Assembly: GCA_030141605.1 (NCBI GenBank)
Contig: JAQGDQ010000352.1
Location: forward strand, 124,001 to 188,000
Reading direction: 5' to 3'
Origin: Tubiluchus corallicola
Lineage: Eukaryota; Animalia; Priapulida
Length of the DNA: 64,000 nt
The notes under the pieces were generated by a model. The model searched no databases. It had not been told where the DNA came from and saw only the letters and a program-made list of their open reading frames with translations. Each line of letters begins with the position of its first letter. Positions within the stretch are counted from its first letter, which is position 1. Of this stretch, positions 12,601 through 24,987 are shown in pieces. The position numbers and the translations under genes are program-made.

Positions 12601-15600
12601 AACCATTTGAGGCTTTTTCAATTTGTAACAGCATTTTCATTGACTCCACTAATAAGTTAGCTTTTTTGATAATACAATAACAATCACCCTTTAATTAGAG
12701 ACCAGGTTCAGAACCCACCCCGATGTCAAGCAAGCTGTTTTATAGACATAAACAATAGTACAAATGGACATTATTTATCCGGGCTGAGCTAGATAGACGT
12801 TTGTTTTAACAGTACAGGAAGATGAATGTGGAAATATGAGACACAATTTGTCACACTAAAATAAGTTGTGGCTTGAAATAAGAGCACTCTATACTTAGTA
12901 TCGGGTAAAATGTTCTTGCCACACCTAGTTCAGAATAGTTTTCACAGGACTGTCCCAATCCCAGGGTAGCATTAAGAGACTACTTGTGCTTTCATTGTAA
13001 CCAAGAGTTGAGTAGGAGTTGTAACAACTTGAATATCACCTGGTTTGCTGATATACATGTAAAAACTATGTAAAACTCGAACACCTCGGGACCGAAAAAA
13101 TAATTTTGAGTTATGCGAAAGCACAAATTAGACAAGGTTCGTTAAAAAACAAGACTGAGTCACTCAGCAATGTCAGATAATACACCAGTAACACTACAGC
13201 CTGTGAATATGACAAACTGAGCCTTTCATCAAATATCACACAACAGTTTTTAAGAATAATCAAAGATAAAATGACTGGTACACCTCTATCGTGTCTGAGT
13301 AACAAGGTAATAAATTTTTTTTTATTCAATAATAATAATATTGTGATCCACATTAAACCATGTTCGCTAAGCCATGTTGTGTGCAGCGTTCTGCTAAAGT
13401 AATGCAAGCAATCTTAGCATTTTTGCGGAAATTAGCAGTTAAAATTGTAATGTTGTGCAGACTTTCGCGTAGAACTTCTCGCTGGGGAGGCTGTTTGAGA
13501 CAGGCTAGGTAATTTCAATCAGGTTCTCAAGAACTGTACCCGGAATTCGGTTCGAGTTATGTGATAATTCAAGTTACACGATGTTTGTTAAAGGGAAAAA
13601 TGAAAAGGAAACACCGTTCCACAATATCTATTTGAGATATGCAAGAAAAAATTTGAGTTATACCAGTTTGAGTTATACGCATTTTATTCTAATTAAAGGT
13701 ACAACTTACAGAGCTAACACCCCCATCGCTGCTATCAGTGTCCACACACAAGGGTCCGCTTCCACTTGTTACGCTGCTCACAGGAGAACAGCACTCACGG
13801 GGTGGATCCAGGTCATTCATATAGACTGGCGGCACGTAGCTCGCTAGAAATGTGGACGGCTGATACCATGCTCTACTGTTTCTATGCGTAGCAGAATGCT
13901 AAAATATAATGAAAGAATGTTAAACTGAAAAAAAGTAACATCAAAATGTAGTAAATGCCTTAGAGCAGATATACTGGTTGCATAAAATTTATAATGATTC
14001 AAATAAAAGCTGCACAAGAGATAATAAGATAAAATAACTGGGTACGGTGTATAACGTTGACTTAAAGTCTGAAAAATAATTTTCCCACATTCCACAAACA
14101 CAGTTTACGAATTTTGCTGAAAATGTAAGCAGCTGTGTTATGATGGTGATATGAAAGTATCCAGAGACAAATGAAAGAACAGAAAACTGGATTAATGCTA
14201 TTAAACAATTTTTGTAACCATTCCTGCTAACCTATTTTCTCTTTACCATACACTACTATAGTTTAACCCATGGCATATGCCGTTGTCTTGGTGTTCACGT
14301 AAGTATTTTAGAAGAGCACGGTTATGGTCATACTGTAAAATACACAGTGAAATGATAAAAAACACGTAAAACTGATGAAATACTAAATATCTCAATAATC
14401 TGGCAAAACTTGAGAAATTTTCATAAATTTTTGAACATCAAATTTCATATGACCTTATTTGAATTTTTATTCTACACACTGCAGACATGTTAAACGTTTT
14501 CCATAGTTTGTTATCATTTCTGACAACCTAATGCTTTAAAGGTATACTAGTTTACATTAGTCCAATACAATTTTAGTAGATGGCAATACCTACATGTAAA
14601 CATGTTAGTATTAGCACACTGCACATTGCGTGGTGACATCTATTGGCAAGAATGATGAAACATTATAAGCTGCTGCTTATTTAGCACAGAAATGAAAAAT
14701 AATTAAACATAGTACCTTTTTAGCTAACATATTTGAATGCGGGACTCGACCAGGAATAGGCAGTCCAGCTTTTGCAAGCTTTATGAAATACTTCTGTACT
14801 CTGCTTTGCACCTAGAGAACATAGGCAACAAGAATTAGTTTTGAATATCCCTGAAAAGCAGCATGTAGCAACTAAAATCACTGGGCTAGATGAAGGTTTT
14901 GGCATGAGATGCAACACTCCAACAAACATGGATGCTCTCCAAGCTGAAAAGGGCCTACTTCATGTTAATGATAGTGACAGGACTGGAACTCTCATATGAA
15001 ACACTGAACGAATGGCTGTATCTCAGCCACACTCAAATGTAAATATATCTTCCCTCAGAAAGGTAAATGGCCAAAATCAGCATGGCAAATGGATCTGTAA
15101 AGGGCGGGTTTTAAATCCAGTATTCATGTATCCAGATCATGTGTTACAGGGAATCGGCAGTCATTATTTAATGGAAATAATAAAAATACAAATTATTATC
15201 AGATTGTAAACATGTTTTCACATTTTGATCATTAACATAAGAACATTGCCTTTCATGAACTAAATACAAACATTCTGTTTCACCCGGGAAGCACAATAAA
15301 ATGTAAGGCAACAGGGCTTTCTCTGTGCCTGCTGCAGCCACAAAGTTCCAGTAGTACAGCATAAATGTAGAAACTTTGAAAGCTAAATTAAAGGCATAAC
15401 TTTTTACTGCAAATTTCACTTAAACAGTTTATTTACAATGAATTTTATCTACGCCTTACATCTTCACTCTTTTAATTCGTATCTCATTAGGTTTCACCAA
15501 CATAAATTTTTCTTGCATTTTTACACATGAATTAATTTTGCTTGTAAGCAGTGCTTAGCTGCAGTGCAGCGCTGTAAATATGAATAAATATAATTATTGC

Positions 15601-16082
15601 ACTGTGAATGAAATTATGAGAGTTATGAAGCAAATGCATAAAACAGTTTTTTGCAAAATACTCATCATCAAACACCTGATTAGGAGTCCGACTTCCAAGA
15701 GCAGCTGATATCTTCTGCCATCTTCTTGACTCAATCTCCTCAGGAGGGAATTCGATCAGTAGGTCCTCCAATCGCCTCTGCTCCTCCTCTGTCCAGAGCT
15801 GATTAAACGTTGCCGGCTTGTCGTCCGCCATTACACGACCACGCACAAGTTGTGAAGTAGTACTGTTGTTTAGGATTGTACGCTTAGATTCTGTGCGATT
15901 AACTAGTGGTTGACCTAAATAATGAGAAAAATTATTAAAGACGGAGATCTAATAAACCAAATGTAGCAACCTGCATCATACGGTCTTTTTCTTCTTCAAA
16001 ATTGTGAATAAGTCTGTATAATCACTCACAATTATTTTTGCAATATTGCAATTTTGTGAAATTTACACATTTCACAAAGTTT

Positions 16083-16113
<31 letters not shown>

Positions 16114-18539
16114 GGTAATTGTAATTACAAGTCAGCACAAAAGCACTATATACAGTCATATAGCAGCCCGTTTTTCTTAGGCCAGCCACAAAAAAATTGT
16201 CTCTGTCTGACCTCATGAGCTCAAAAGATGTCAGTAGAGAACAACAAAAAATTAGTTTTCAAAAATTATTGAATGGTGGAACATTTAAAATTGGTTGAAA
16301 TCAAAGTTTGTTTATTTCTCACTGGTTAGCAGTAATATTTTAAATCTTTTTAATGCACATTTTTTCAGGCTTTGTTTCTTAGTTTTTGGTTATGCAGAAA
16401 CAACAATGTTATAATATTTTTATGTTTTAAATTAGAAATAGACGCTCTTATATGACTACGTAAGGTAAGTACATGAACATACAAGAAACAATTGTAATAT
16501 TCTCGGCCGGGTGTGTGATAAAAAGAAATATTACCCAGGCAATTAGATGGGAAACAGAAGTATTTTTATTGTCAACCTTATATAAGTTTTCTGCTGATAG
16601 GAACAATGTTGTATTAGCAACTGGCTGCTAAAAGTTAGAATCTTTCGTATCATGAATGTTTCAATATAAACATTTCTATACATGTATGCAACATTTTCAC
16701 TATTTTTATTTTATTACACCTACATAAACACGAAGAATTAATTTGTGATTCCCAGGTCGCTTACCAAATACCACACTCGGTGTGATGCAAACAACTACAA
16801 TTACAGTTAGGTTAATGCAGCACGAGAACTTTTTGATGACGGGTTTTTTAAGAATAGAAGTTTATACATGTGGATAGTTCAAATAGTGATGAACAAACTA
16901 GTCATGTGGAATGGGACTAGTAAACTAGCAATTTTTTAGGCAATTTAGTTCGTTATTATTTTAAACTTAACACTAAAATTTAATTAATTAAAACAACTAA
17001 TAGATGATTATTGGTCACTGATTACAATTATCATAACAAATATTTTACTGTTCTAATATTGAATTTTGAAATTTTACAATTACATAAAAATTGTAACTAT
17101 CTATTATCCTAATTGAGTGCAATTGTAATTACGGACTAATCGTTCAAAACCTGCCAAAAAGTAATTTGATATAACGATGGCTAATAAACTTGTAATATTA
17201 GTACCGGCATTTTTTCGCCTTTGTCGCCTGATGTCATTAGCAGAATCTCCATCACTTGTATATTTGCTCCAATCAATAATTGGCAGTTCTCTAACCTTTT
17301 GTGGTTTTGGCAGATTGAGCTCTTTCCCTCCTGCTAACTCTTCCACAAACTTCGCTGGATCTTGTAATGCTTGTTCTTTGGCTTCAATAAGCTTATCATG
17401 GTCAGATATAGCTTGAATTCTTTGGGCTTCCAGAATAGCTGCAGCAATAAGTGGCTGATTAACTATTGTAAAAATGAATTAATGTAGCTGTGAAATATTT
17501 TAGTTCACTGTCTAGCAACTTACTATGCCCAGTTTAAACTGGTGAACATAATATGAAAAGTTCTGAACAGGGCACTTCAGAATCAATGAACATAAGAAAT
17601 TCAGTACAGTCGACCCTCGTTAAACCGGACCCCGTTAGCCCGGATATCGGATAAGACGAACGTCATCCGTGGTAAAAGAAACTGACCGATTTCCATCCGA
17701 GCCCGAGCGCTAAACACAACACGGCCTACCAACTGTACAATAATTTCTTTATCCTCACAGGTTAACTATTTTAAAGTAATATACAGTATAGTATATAGTG
17801 CAATGTATATAGGCCTTATTAAGGTGATTATTCCTGTATAATATAGACCATATATAGGCATATCGGATAAATCGGACAATCGGCTAAACCGGACCCCCCC
17901 CCCCCCCATTAGTCCAGTTTAACGAGGGTTTACTGTATAAAGGCCGTATTCTTCAAATGTCTTCAGCTATGATTTTGTACAAAATCGCTTAAGAAACTGC
18001 AAAAATTTATGAAACTTCTCAAGCTAATATTTTTTGCTTTAGTTAAGAATAAAATTTAGTAAGTGCTTTAAGTTCATTTTCTGGTATATTGTACAATGTT
18101 AGGCTTCACAGAAAAACAAACACTACTTATAACAGAATAAGCTTTTAAAATATAGATGGATAAAAGAAATTGTTACTAAGTGGCGAGAGACAAATAGGTG
18201 TGACAGGCTGCAAGGTGTAACTATAAATAAAATCTTATACTTATTTATAGTTATACTATAACGACAAACTGGCAATCAATGCCCGGTTAGCTAATAATTA
18301 GATAAAGTGTTCTTACCAATAGTTTTGAGCAGAAGCTGATAATCCTCGTTACCTCTGAAAGCCAAGTGGTCAGACTCAAAGTAAAATATCCCACCCATAT
18401 TATCACAATCGTCCACACCACCAATGTCTACTTTGTTCTTTGGGATGTCCGACGATTCGCATTTTACAGCAGTAATATCGTCCAGAGTACGGTTTGCACT
18501 GGTAACGGGCGCAGCTGAACTATCAGCTGAACAATTCAT
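9459..18539 (-). CDS. ZZZ3: ZZ-type zinc finger-containing protein 3 (ATAC complex subunit), 449 aa, 8 exons: 18539-18317, 17438-17205, 15914-15676, 14811-14716, 13898-13710, 12579-12460, 11020-10920, 9606-9459
   Basis: [33 protein letters not shown]; SANT/Myb domain [17 protein letters not shown]...[29 protein letters not shown]; ZZ finger [24 protein letters not shown]...DFCGTC; C-terminal NYLDPNYMP. Phases are consistent and total 1350 nt. Confidence 0.95.
10271..10826. mobile_element. hAT-like non-autonomous element
   Basis: Imperfect TIRs CAGGGGCATAGC / GCTACACCACTG; 8-bp TSD ATACGATC / ATACAATC (1 mismatch). Confidence 0.75.
10920..11020 (-). CDS. ZZZ3: ZZZ3 exon 7 (ZZ zinc finger)
   Basis: [33 protein letters not shown]; GT-AG flanks. 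Confidence 0.93.
12460..12579 (-). CDS. ZZZ3: ZZZ3 exon 6
   Basis: [40 protein letters not shown]; 120 nt. Confidence 0.9.
13710..13898 (-). CDS. ZZZ3: ZZZ3 exon 5
   Basis: [15 protein letters not shown] motif; ttttag| acceptor; |GTAAGT donor; 189 nt. Confidence 0.9.
14716..14811 (-). CDS. ZZZ3: ZZZ3 exon 4
   Basis: [24 protein letters not shown]; 96 nt; GT-AG flanks. Confidence 0.92.
15676..15914 (-). CDS. ZZZ3: ZZZ3 exon 3 (SANT/Myb domain)
   Basis: tttag| acceptor; [14 protein letters not shown]...RTPNQ; CAG|GTGTTT donor. Confidence 0.92.
17205..17438 (-). CDS. ZZZ3: ZZZ3 exon 2
   Basis: tgcag| acceptor; [12 protein letters not shown]...LPIIDWSKY; G|GTACTA donor. Confidence 0.9.
17607..17935. 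mobile_element. pogo/Tigger-like (Tc1/mariner) MITE
   Basis: 24-bp TIRs CAGTCGACCCTCGTTAAACCGGAC / GTCCAGTTTAACGAGGGTTTACTG; TA target duplication on both sides. Confidence 0.85.
18317..18539 (-). CDS. ZZZ3: ZZZ3 coding exon 1
   Basis: ATG at 18539 with an in-frame TAG just upstream; [10 protein letters not shown] motif; G|GTAAGA donor. Confidence 0.85.
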
Positions 18540-19034
18540 TCTAATCTAAATTACTACATCTAAGCCGCTGAAGCAAAAAATCCGTCCAACATAAAGTCAA
18601 ACTGCACTTCAATTCTAATAAATAGCGCCTATAACTTTTTGCTTTTTAAACAATCATACCGCTTAAAACATTTCAAATACCACAGAATCTCATTTCTATA
18701 CTGCGTAACCCACTAAAATGTATAGTGTTCTCAAAATACGGAAATTTTGTGTTAGAAATCCGACGATGGACGCAGCCATTAATAATCAGCAGCAAAACAT
18801 TCAGTCTTCGTAACATCAACTTAGGTCCAGGCTTAAGGTCGGTTTAATTTTTTTCATAACACACCCTTCCTTCAACGACTGCTACTATATGATTGGAGTA
18901 ATATAATATGATTGATAATCACATGTCGGCCTGCTGGGTACAACAACGACTTCACTATCACAACAATATTGAGTTAAAATTGTAATAAAAGACGAGCAAT
19001 TAATTAATAGTGCCCCAGTGATGTACTTGTTCAT

Positions 19035-19460
19035 TATATATGGTCCATTTTGGAACCGCTATTGTTTTTAATATTAAGTTATATTAATGATATGCAAAAC
19101 TGTATTACTGATAATAGAAAGGTCTTCCAATTTATTATGACAAAAGTATGTGTTTGAGATCAATAGTAAGCTACAGGACACTAATATCATTAAAAGCAAA
19201 CTCAGTAAAATTACAAACTGGTTTAAAACTGATAAATTAGCATTAAATACATAAATAAATTAAATAAATACATTTTATTCAGAACTCGTAATAAATCTAT
19301 GAATATTAACGGTATTACAGAAATTGATGATCAGGCTTTGAGCAAGTAAATGAAACAAAGTCCTGAGGTGTTATCTTAAATGAACACTGACATTGGAAAC
19401 TACACATAAATATGATTCAGTTAAAAATTGCTAAAAGCATGTGATTAATCAATCGTGTTA
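19035..19460 (+). mobile_element. Decayed non-LTR retrotransposon RT fragment (CR1/L2 group)
   Basis: Frameshifted pieces GSILEPLLF, YINDMQN, NWFKTDKLALN, QVNETK, GVILNEH, WKLHINMI. Confidence 0.65.
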
Positions 19461-22400
19461 ATTAATTAATCAATCACTTCGGTACTGAGTTGACGTCTAG
19501 CATAATGTCAATCGTTTTCATTGACTGCCCAACCAGCGTGAAAGTTATTTCACAGTCTTGCACAGTTTACTTAACGCTGGTACGTTCGGGACTTTAGCTA
19601 CAGTTGCCGCTAATACTGTTACGAAAAATGCTCAACTTTTCATTAGTTAGCGGGAAAAATATTGGCCTGGTTCTAGATTTTATTCTTCTCAATTGAAATT
19701 GCAAGTGAATTAGTGGAAATAGTCTAGTTTCGTTTATAGGAAGAAATGCACAACTCTTACGTCTATGAGTTGGTGATTAAACCATTTTGCTATCAAGAAA
19801 ATACGCAGTTTAGTTTAGTTTATGGCATTGCAAGTTAGATAAAAACAACTATCTGATTAAATTTAAATAAGGTAAAAACAAATTAACCTAACGAGGTTAG
19901 GCCGATCATATGACGCTATTTTAATGTTCGCAAACATCAAGTGGCATATCTGAACGGAGTTAGGAAGAAATATGTAACTTCAGATAATTGAAGTCCGAGT
20001 TGGCAAGTATAAATGATTAAAGGGTAACCTGCATGTAAAAGTTCCAGCCTGCACATTTCTAAATAAGTTTGTGTAGGTTGTAGAAAATAAGCTAGTCGGC
20101 CTAGCTCAGCAATAATTGAGGCCTAACCGCAGAGCTATACTCATCCAGGGGAATCCGTAACAACTGTCATGATTATGAGTAAGCCAGCACATTCATAAAA
20201 ACCCCATATTTAGGCAAAACGTTTTCAGAATTTAGGCAACATTTTTTTCTGACCAGTTTTTATAAACCTCAGTGAGATCTTCAAATTCAAAATTAATTCA
20301 AACGTGGTCAAAACTTAAATTATATATCAATGTGATAATATTAGTTAAAGTAATTTTACGTTATTTTTCTGGTTATAATCATGGCTAAAAGCTGTCATTG
20401 TGACTTATGTTACTCGGGCATTCAACATAAGGGTCGTCTATGGAATTGAACAATCAAATTTATTCCGTTTTACTAGCTTAACAAATGGAAAAATTCAAAA
20501 ACCAAATAAATCTTGCAGACGAGTACACGATCAGTTAATATAGAAAAAATACATCGCAGACATGATGTTCGTATGTTCAAAGGCGACTTAGTATTTTCGT
20601 TGCTCATTTACTTTAAAGCAAGGCTAACTGGCTTAGTTTCTTTATTATATTTAGGTATATTTGTATTTTGTAGTGCTTTGAAGTATCGTCTCTACATTCT
20701 GTTTATATTGAAAACTCCTTTTTGGCTACTTGAAGTGTTAATTTCGTGTAAACATAATTGCTGCTCTGCAAATTTGTGTTTATGAAAAAGTGCAATCAGT
20801 TTATCTGCGGATTAGACATTAGTTGTGACTGTCATGTTGTTTAATTTAGTTTAGTTTAGTTTAGTTTAGTTCAGACAGTTGTTGTCCCGAATACCACTGA
20901 GCGTGCTTACGTCACAGCTGAGGCGGAACGATAGACCAATATGTTTGACGTTAATTGTCGCGGTAACTACGGCAGTCAGTCTCTTCTCATTTGCAAATAA
21001 ATTATGCTTATTCTTCTCTGTGCATATTGCACTATTTATTCCAAAAATAATTTTTTTCTGGAAGCAATGTGCAAGCAAAAGCAAGCTTTAACAAAATTCG
21101 GCTGTATCTTCCGCAAAAGAACAAGAACCTTGACCTCCTAGAAATCAAGATTAAACCTATGATTATCTAGTTTGGACTTGCAGAATGGACTTTTGGACGA
21201 TAATATGTAGCAAGCTTAGAGACAAAAATTCCGATTTCGAATTGAGATTAAAGGCAATAGTCTGCAAATCTATGGAGCTTTGTTTACGTGGTGCATTGTG
21301 CACTCTTGTCAATGGGTTGTGCGACTAAACAAAACAATTAATAATTACATTGGTCTACAGTTATCCTAAATTACAGAATAACTCAGTAGTGGAAAAATTA
21401 AAGGAGAAGAAAGGGGAATTTTACTGTATATCCACAAAAGTTTCCATACAAGGTTATATTAGTTAAGATTTCGCTTACATGTTTGAAAGACTTATGTCAT
21501 TGAAAAAAATCTTAATAATTTAACATTTTTGTGCCACCTAGTAAAATGGCACTGCATCTACATATCAGTGTGCACCACTGATTCACAAAAAACACATCAT
21601 TGATCTTAGTGACAATATAATTTTAGACTTTTTGCTTGGCTAGCTAGAGAACAGTGTGCTACGAATGGTTTGTTTATTTTTTCAAACCTAAATTTACAAG
21701 TTTTATATTGCTTACTGTTAACGCAAGCCCTGTATGCAATAAGGCAGTATGTAAGTGATATAAAATTTAAAAACGAATTTTAAAGCTCCGTTTATGAAGA
21801 GTGTTTTTTTGTGCTTTCAGAAAACAAACACATTAAGCCAGTTCGCGTAGTTCATATTATTTGGTTAGTTTTTCAAATTTTTTGAACAGACAGGCCCGAC
21901 ACATAATCGCTATATAATTAGCAATGTTCCATATTAGTATTTTAATGATGTTTAAAAAACATATTAAATCATCGTTAGAAAATAAATCATTGTCATCAAT
22001 ATTTCTCGTCATTTAGTACAGGTACATGGCCTACTGCGCCCTCGGCTCTCTCATCTGTTATCAGTTTCAATGTTTGACTTTCTACTTTTCGCATTCTTTC
22101 CTGTTCACAAAAGACATCTCATCAGAAGTGAAAAACCGACCTCTTATAATTGTAATCAGGTAATTGGAAACGTGCTAGGAGTGTTGTAAACAATGATTTG
22201 TCACGCTTTACAGGCGCTGGATATTTTCAGATTCCTACCACCTATATACATTATTGATGACAAAGCTATCACTTCATATCAGATCAAACCACATGCTGCA
22301 AAAAATTCATCTCACCTTGAACTTAGAGATGTACTTCTTTAACTTGTAATTCTTGCAGGCGAGAAATCCTTGTTCAGATGCGCCTTTTTAGTTTTGGTAT

Positions 22401-24519
22401 CAACGCGATAGACGTCTGTGATCTTTCTACGATAGGCACTGGTTATACATTATATTGTTGTGATTTATGTAATCTGTCTTATTGTCATTAATATTTTGTA
22501 AATATATATTGTATAATAATTGTAATGTGCTTGTGTTGGTTAATTTGTTAACCTGATAAATTAATTAAAATAAAATAAAAGTAAATTATTTAGTTAGTAT
22601 TTTGTTTGCAGTGATAGAACGGCAACTGTTGCAACATCAGAAAATGACAATCAAATTTTCCGATTGATTTCTGAAGAGTGAACTCAGTATTTATTGCGAC
22701 AAAAAAGCAAAAAAATGCTCATTGTACAGACACACAGAAAACAGCAAGTTCAATTTTATTTAATGAATGTGTGAACACAAACTTTTTTAAAATTTCTCAA
22801 GCTCATTCCATAAGCCAAAGTGCGAACATTATAGAAAGGGATTTCCCAAAGATTAAACAGGCAGACTGCGGCTACCTTTGGCGACACTCAGACTAAAAAA
22901 GCACAAGTTTAAAAATCAGGAGAAATTTTAATTTTATTACTATGAAATTTAACAATAATTCGCAAGTTCACTTTTATGATTATGTAATCTCGTTCAATTT
23001 AGGAACACAGAGTCCTAGAGCTTAGCAATGTTTAATTTTGCTTTTTAATTTTATTTGTCGTATTTAAATACAGGAACACTTAATAATGGCTGTAGTTAAA
23101 CAATTTTTGTGCAGAACAACAATGAAACTCTAAAACTTTAAAAACTTTAAACATCAATGTGTTACACGTGCTGTAACGTGAGTTCATTGTTTCGTACGTA
23201 TTAGTTCAAACTATATCATAACATAATAAAAACACTCGACAACATGGTTTAAATCACTAATTATTTACAGTAATGAATGCATATGTCAAAGACTACAGGT
23301 GCAGTCATTTTATACAATAAAAAACCTACGTATGATGAAATTTCATATTTATAGACTAACACAATGTTTCTACTATTTTACACAATATATAAAAAGTTAA
23401 TTAGGTCAACATATTCAATAAATAAATAACACAGTGCAACGAGCATCGAAGACAGCACGTAACTTCAACTACACTTAGGTTTGTATTATAACGCAAACAA
23501 ATTCTATTCACAAAATGGCTGAAACCATACATAAAGTATGCTTATAAAATATAAGGACGGTGGCGATGGATGGAGATGATAATGATGTAATGTTAGTGAT
23601 GATGACAGCGGTATTAATAATGGCAATGCATGATAACGGCGGTGGTAATGATGATGAATGCGGACAGTAGTGATGATACTACTGTATTTCTGCTAGCCTT
23701 TATTTGTAGGCTGTGATCATTCAATGCAATCTTTGTCTACTGCTTCTAAAACACGATAAAATGATTTTCGAATTCTTTAAAGTCTTGCAGACTTTCTGGC
23801 TGATATTTTCTGTGACAGGATAGTTTGCATGTAAAATATAATGAGATAAAACAGTCAAATTTAATAGACGTGCGTCAACTCTACAGGAAGTTTATAATAT
23901 AGCAGGCCCACACAGCCCAACCAAGAAAATAATAAAATGGATAATAAATAACAAACAAAAGAAATAAACGAGCGAGAAGTATCGGTTAGATATAAAAATG
24001 TAAAAAAGTCAAAAGGAAAACTGAAAAAGCAAATGTCATTGAATGTTGTGGTTGCAGTTCAATTGCATAAAGTAATGCCTGCGTGTGAAATTTCTTTTGT
24101 TATTTCTTCAGAGCAATTTTGTACCCAGTTTAAAGTTCTGCATGAAAAATAGTTTTGAAAAACGATATAGTATAGTACTAACTGTATCAGTAAAAACTTC
24201 TGAATATCCAACCTTACGCCTTAGCCGTAAAGCTTGCAGCCATCGTGTTTTCCAGCAGGTTTATAGGTTGTCTTCATCTGCGAACGTACGATTTGAAGAT
24301 GAACATCCATTTTGATAGGAGTGTGCAATGTTTCTTGGTGTTAGGCTTCATTATAATCCATTTTGATAACTTCTAAAAGGTCAAAAAATGTTACTTTAAC
24401 TTACTTGCGAAAAAAACGAGTGTTGCCCGCGCCTATTGGTCAGATGACGCCAATGTGTCAAAAGTCCGATATACATGTACATAATTGTCAATAATACTTC
24501 ATCATTACTTTTCTTTATA

Positions 24520-24987
24520 CTACAAGCAGAAATATTCTTCTATCTCATTCAAGCATTCTTTACATTTCACATAGCAACACCAGTGAAACTTGCACTCGCA
24601 GCGCTCTCTGACGGTGCGTCGTTTTGTCACGTAACCACGCCCACAGCACATCAACTCGCAGCCATCCAGGGCCTTCGAGGTCCGGTTGCATAACCTTCCG
24701 GTCGTTCCCAGAGACCCAATCTTGGGATTGGGCTCGCAAAAGTCGGGAGAATTTTCGAGGTAGACGAGATCTGCATCTGTGTGTGGCTTGAAGTGGACAT
24801 TCAGAGGGATCAAGTAGCTTCTCGTACCAATGCTCTTTTGTTGTACTTCGGTGGCGCCATCAAACTTGTCTTTCAAAAGTTGACCAACTTCTCTGAAGCT
24901 TGGCATCGCCCTCCAGCATGTCTTCATTTCACAAGAGCCAGAGACGCCATGACACTTGCACTCCACTCTCATGTTGTCTTCTATCGT
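24520..24987 (-). CDS. WNT4: Wnt4 last exon
   Basis: aacag| acceptor; [19 protein letters not shown]...CCYVKC...EEYFCL*; 468 nt. Confidence 0.96.
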   Translation of the reverse strand, partial: TIEDNMRVECKCHGVSGSCEMKTCWRAMPSFREVGQLLKDKFDGATEVQQKSIGTRSYLIPLNVHFKPHTDADLVYLENSPDFCEPNPKIGSLGTTGRLCNRTSKALDGCELMCCGRGYVTKRRTVRERCECKFHWCCYVKCKECLNEIEEYFCL

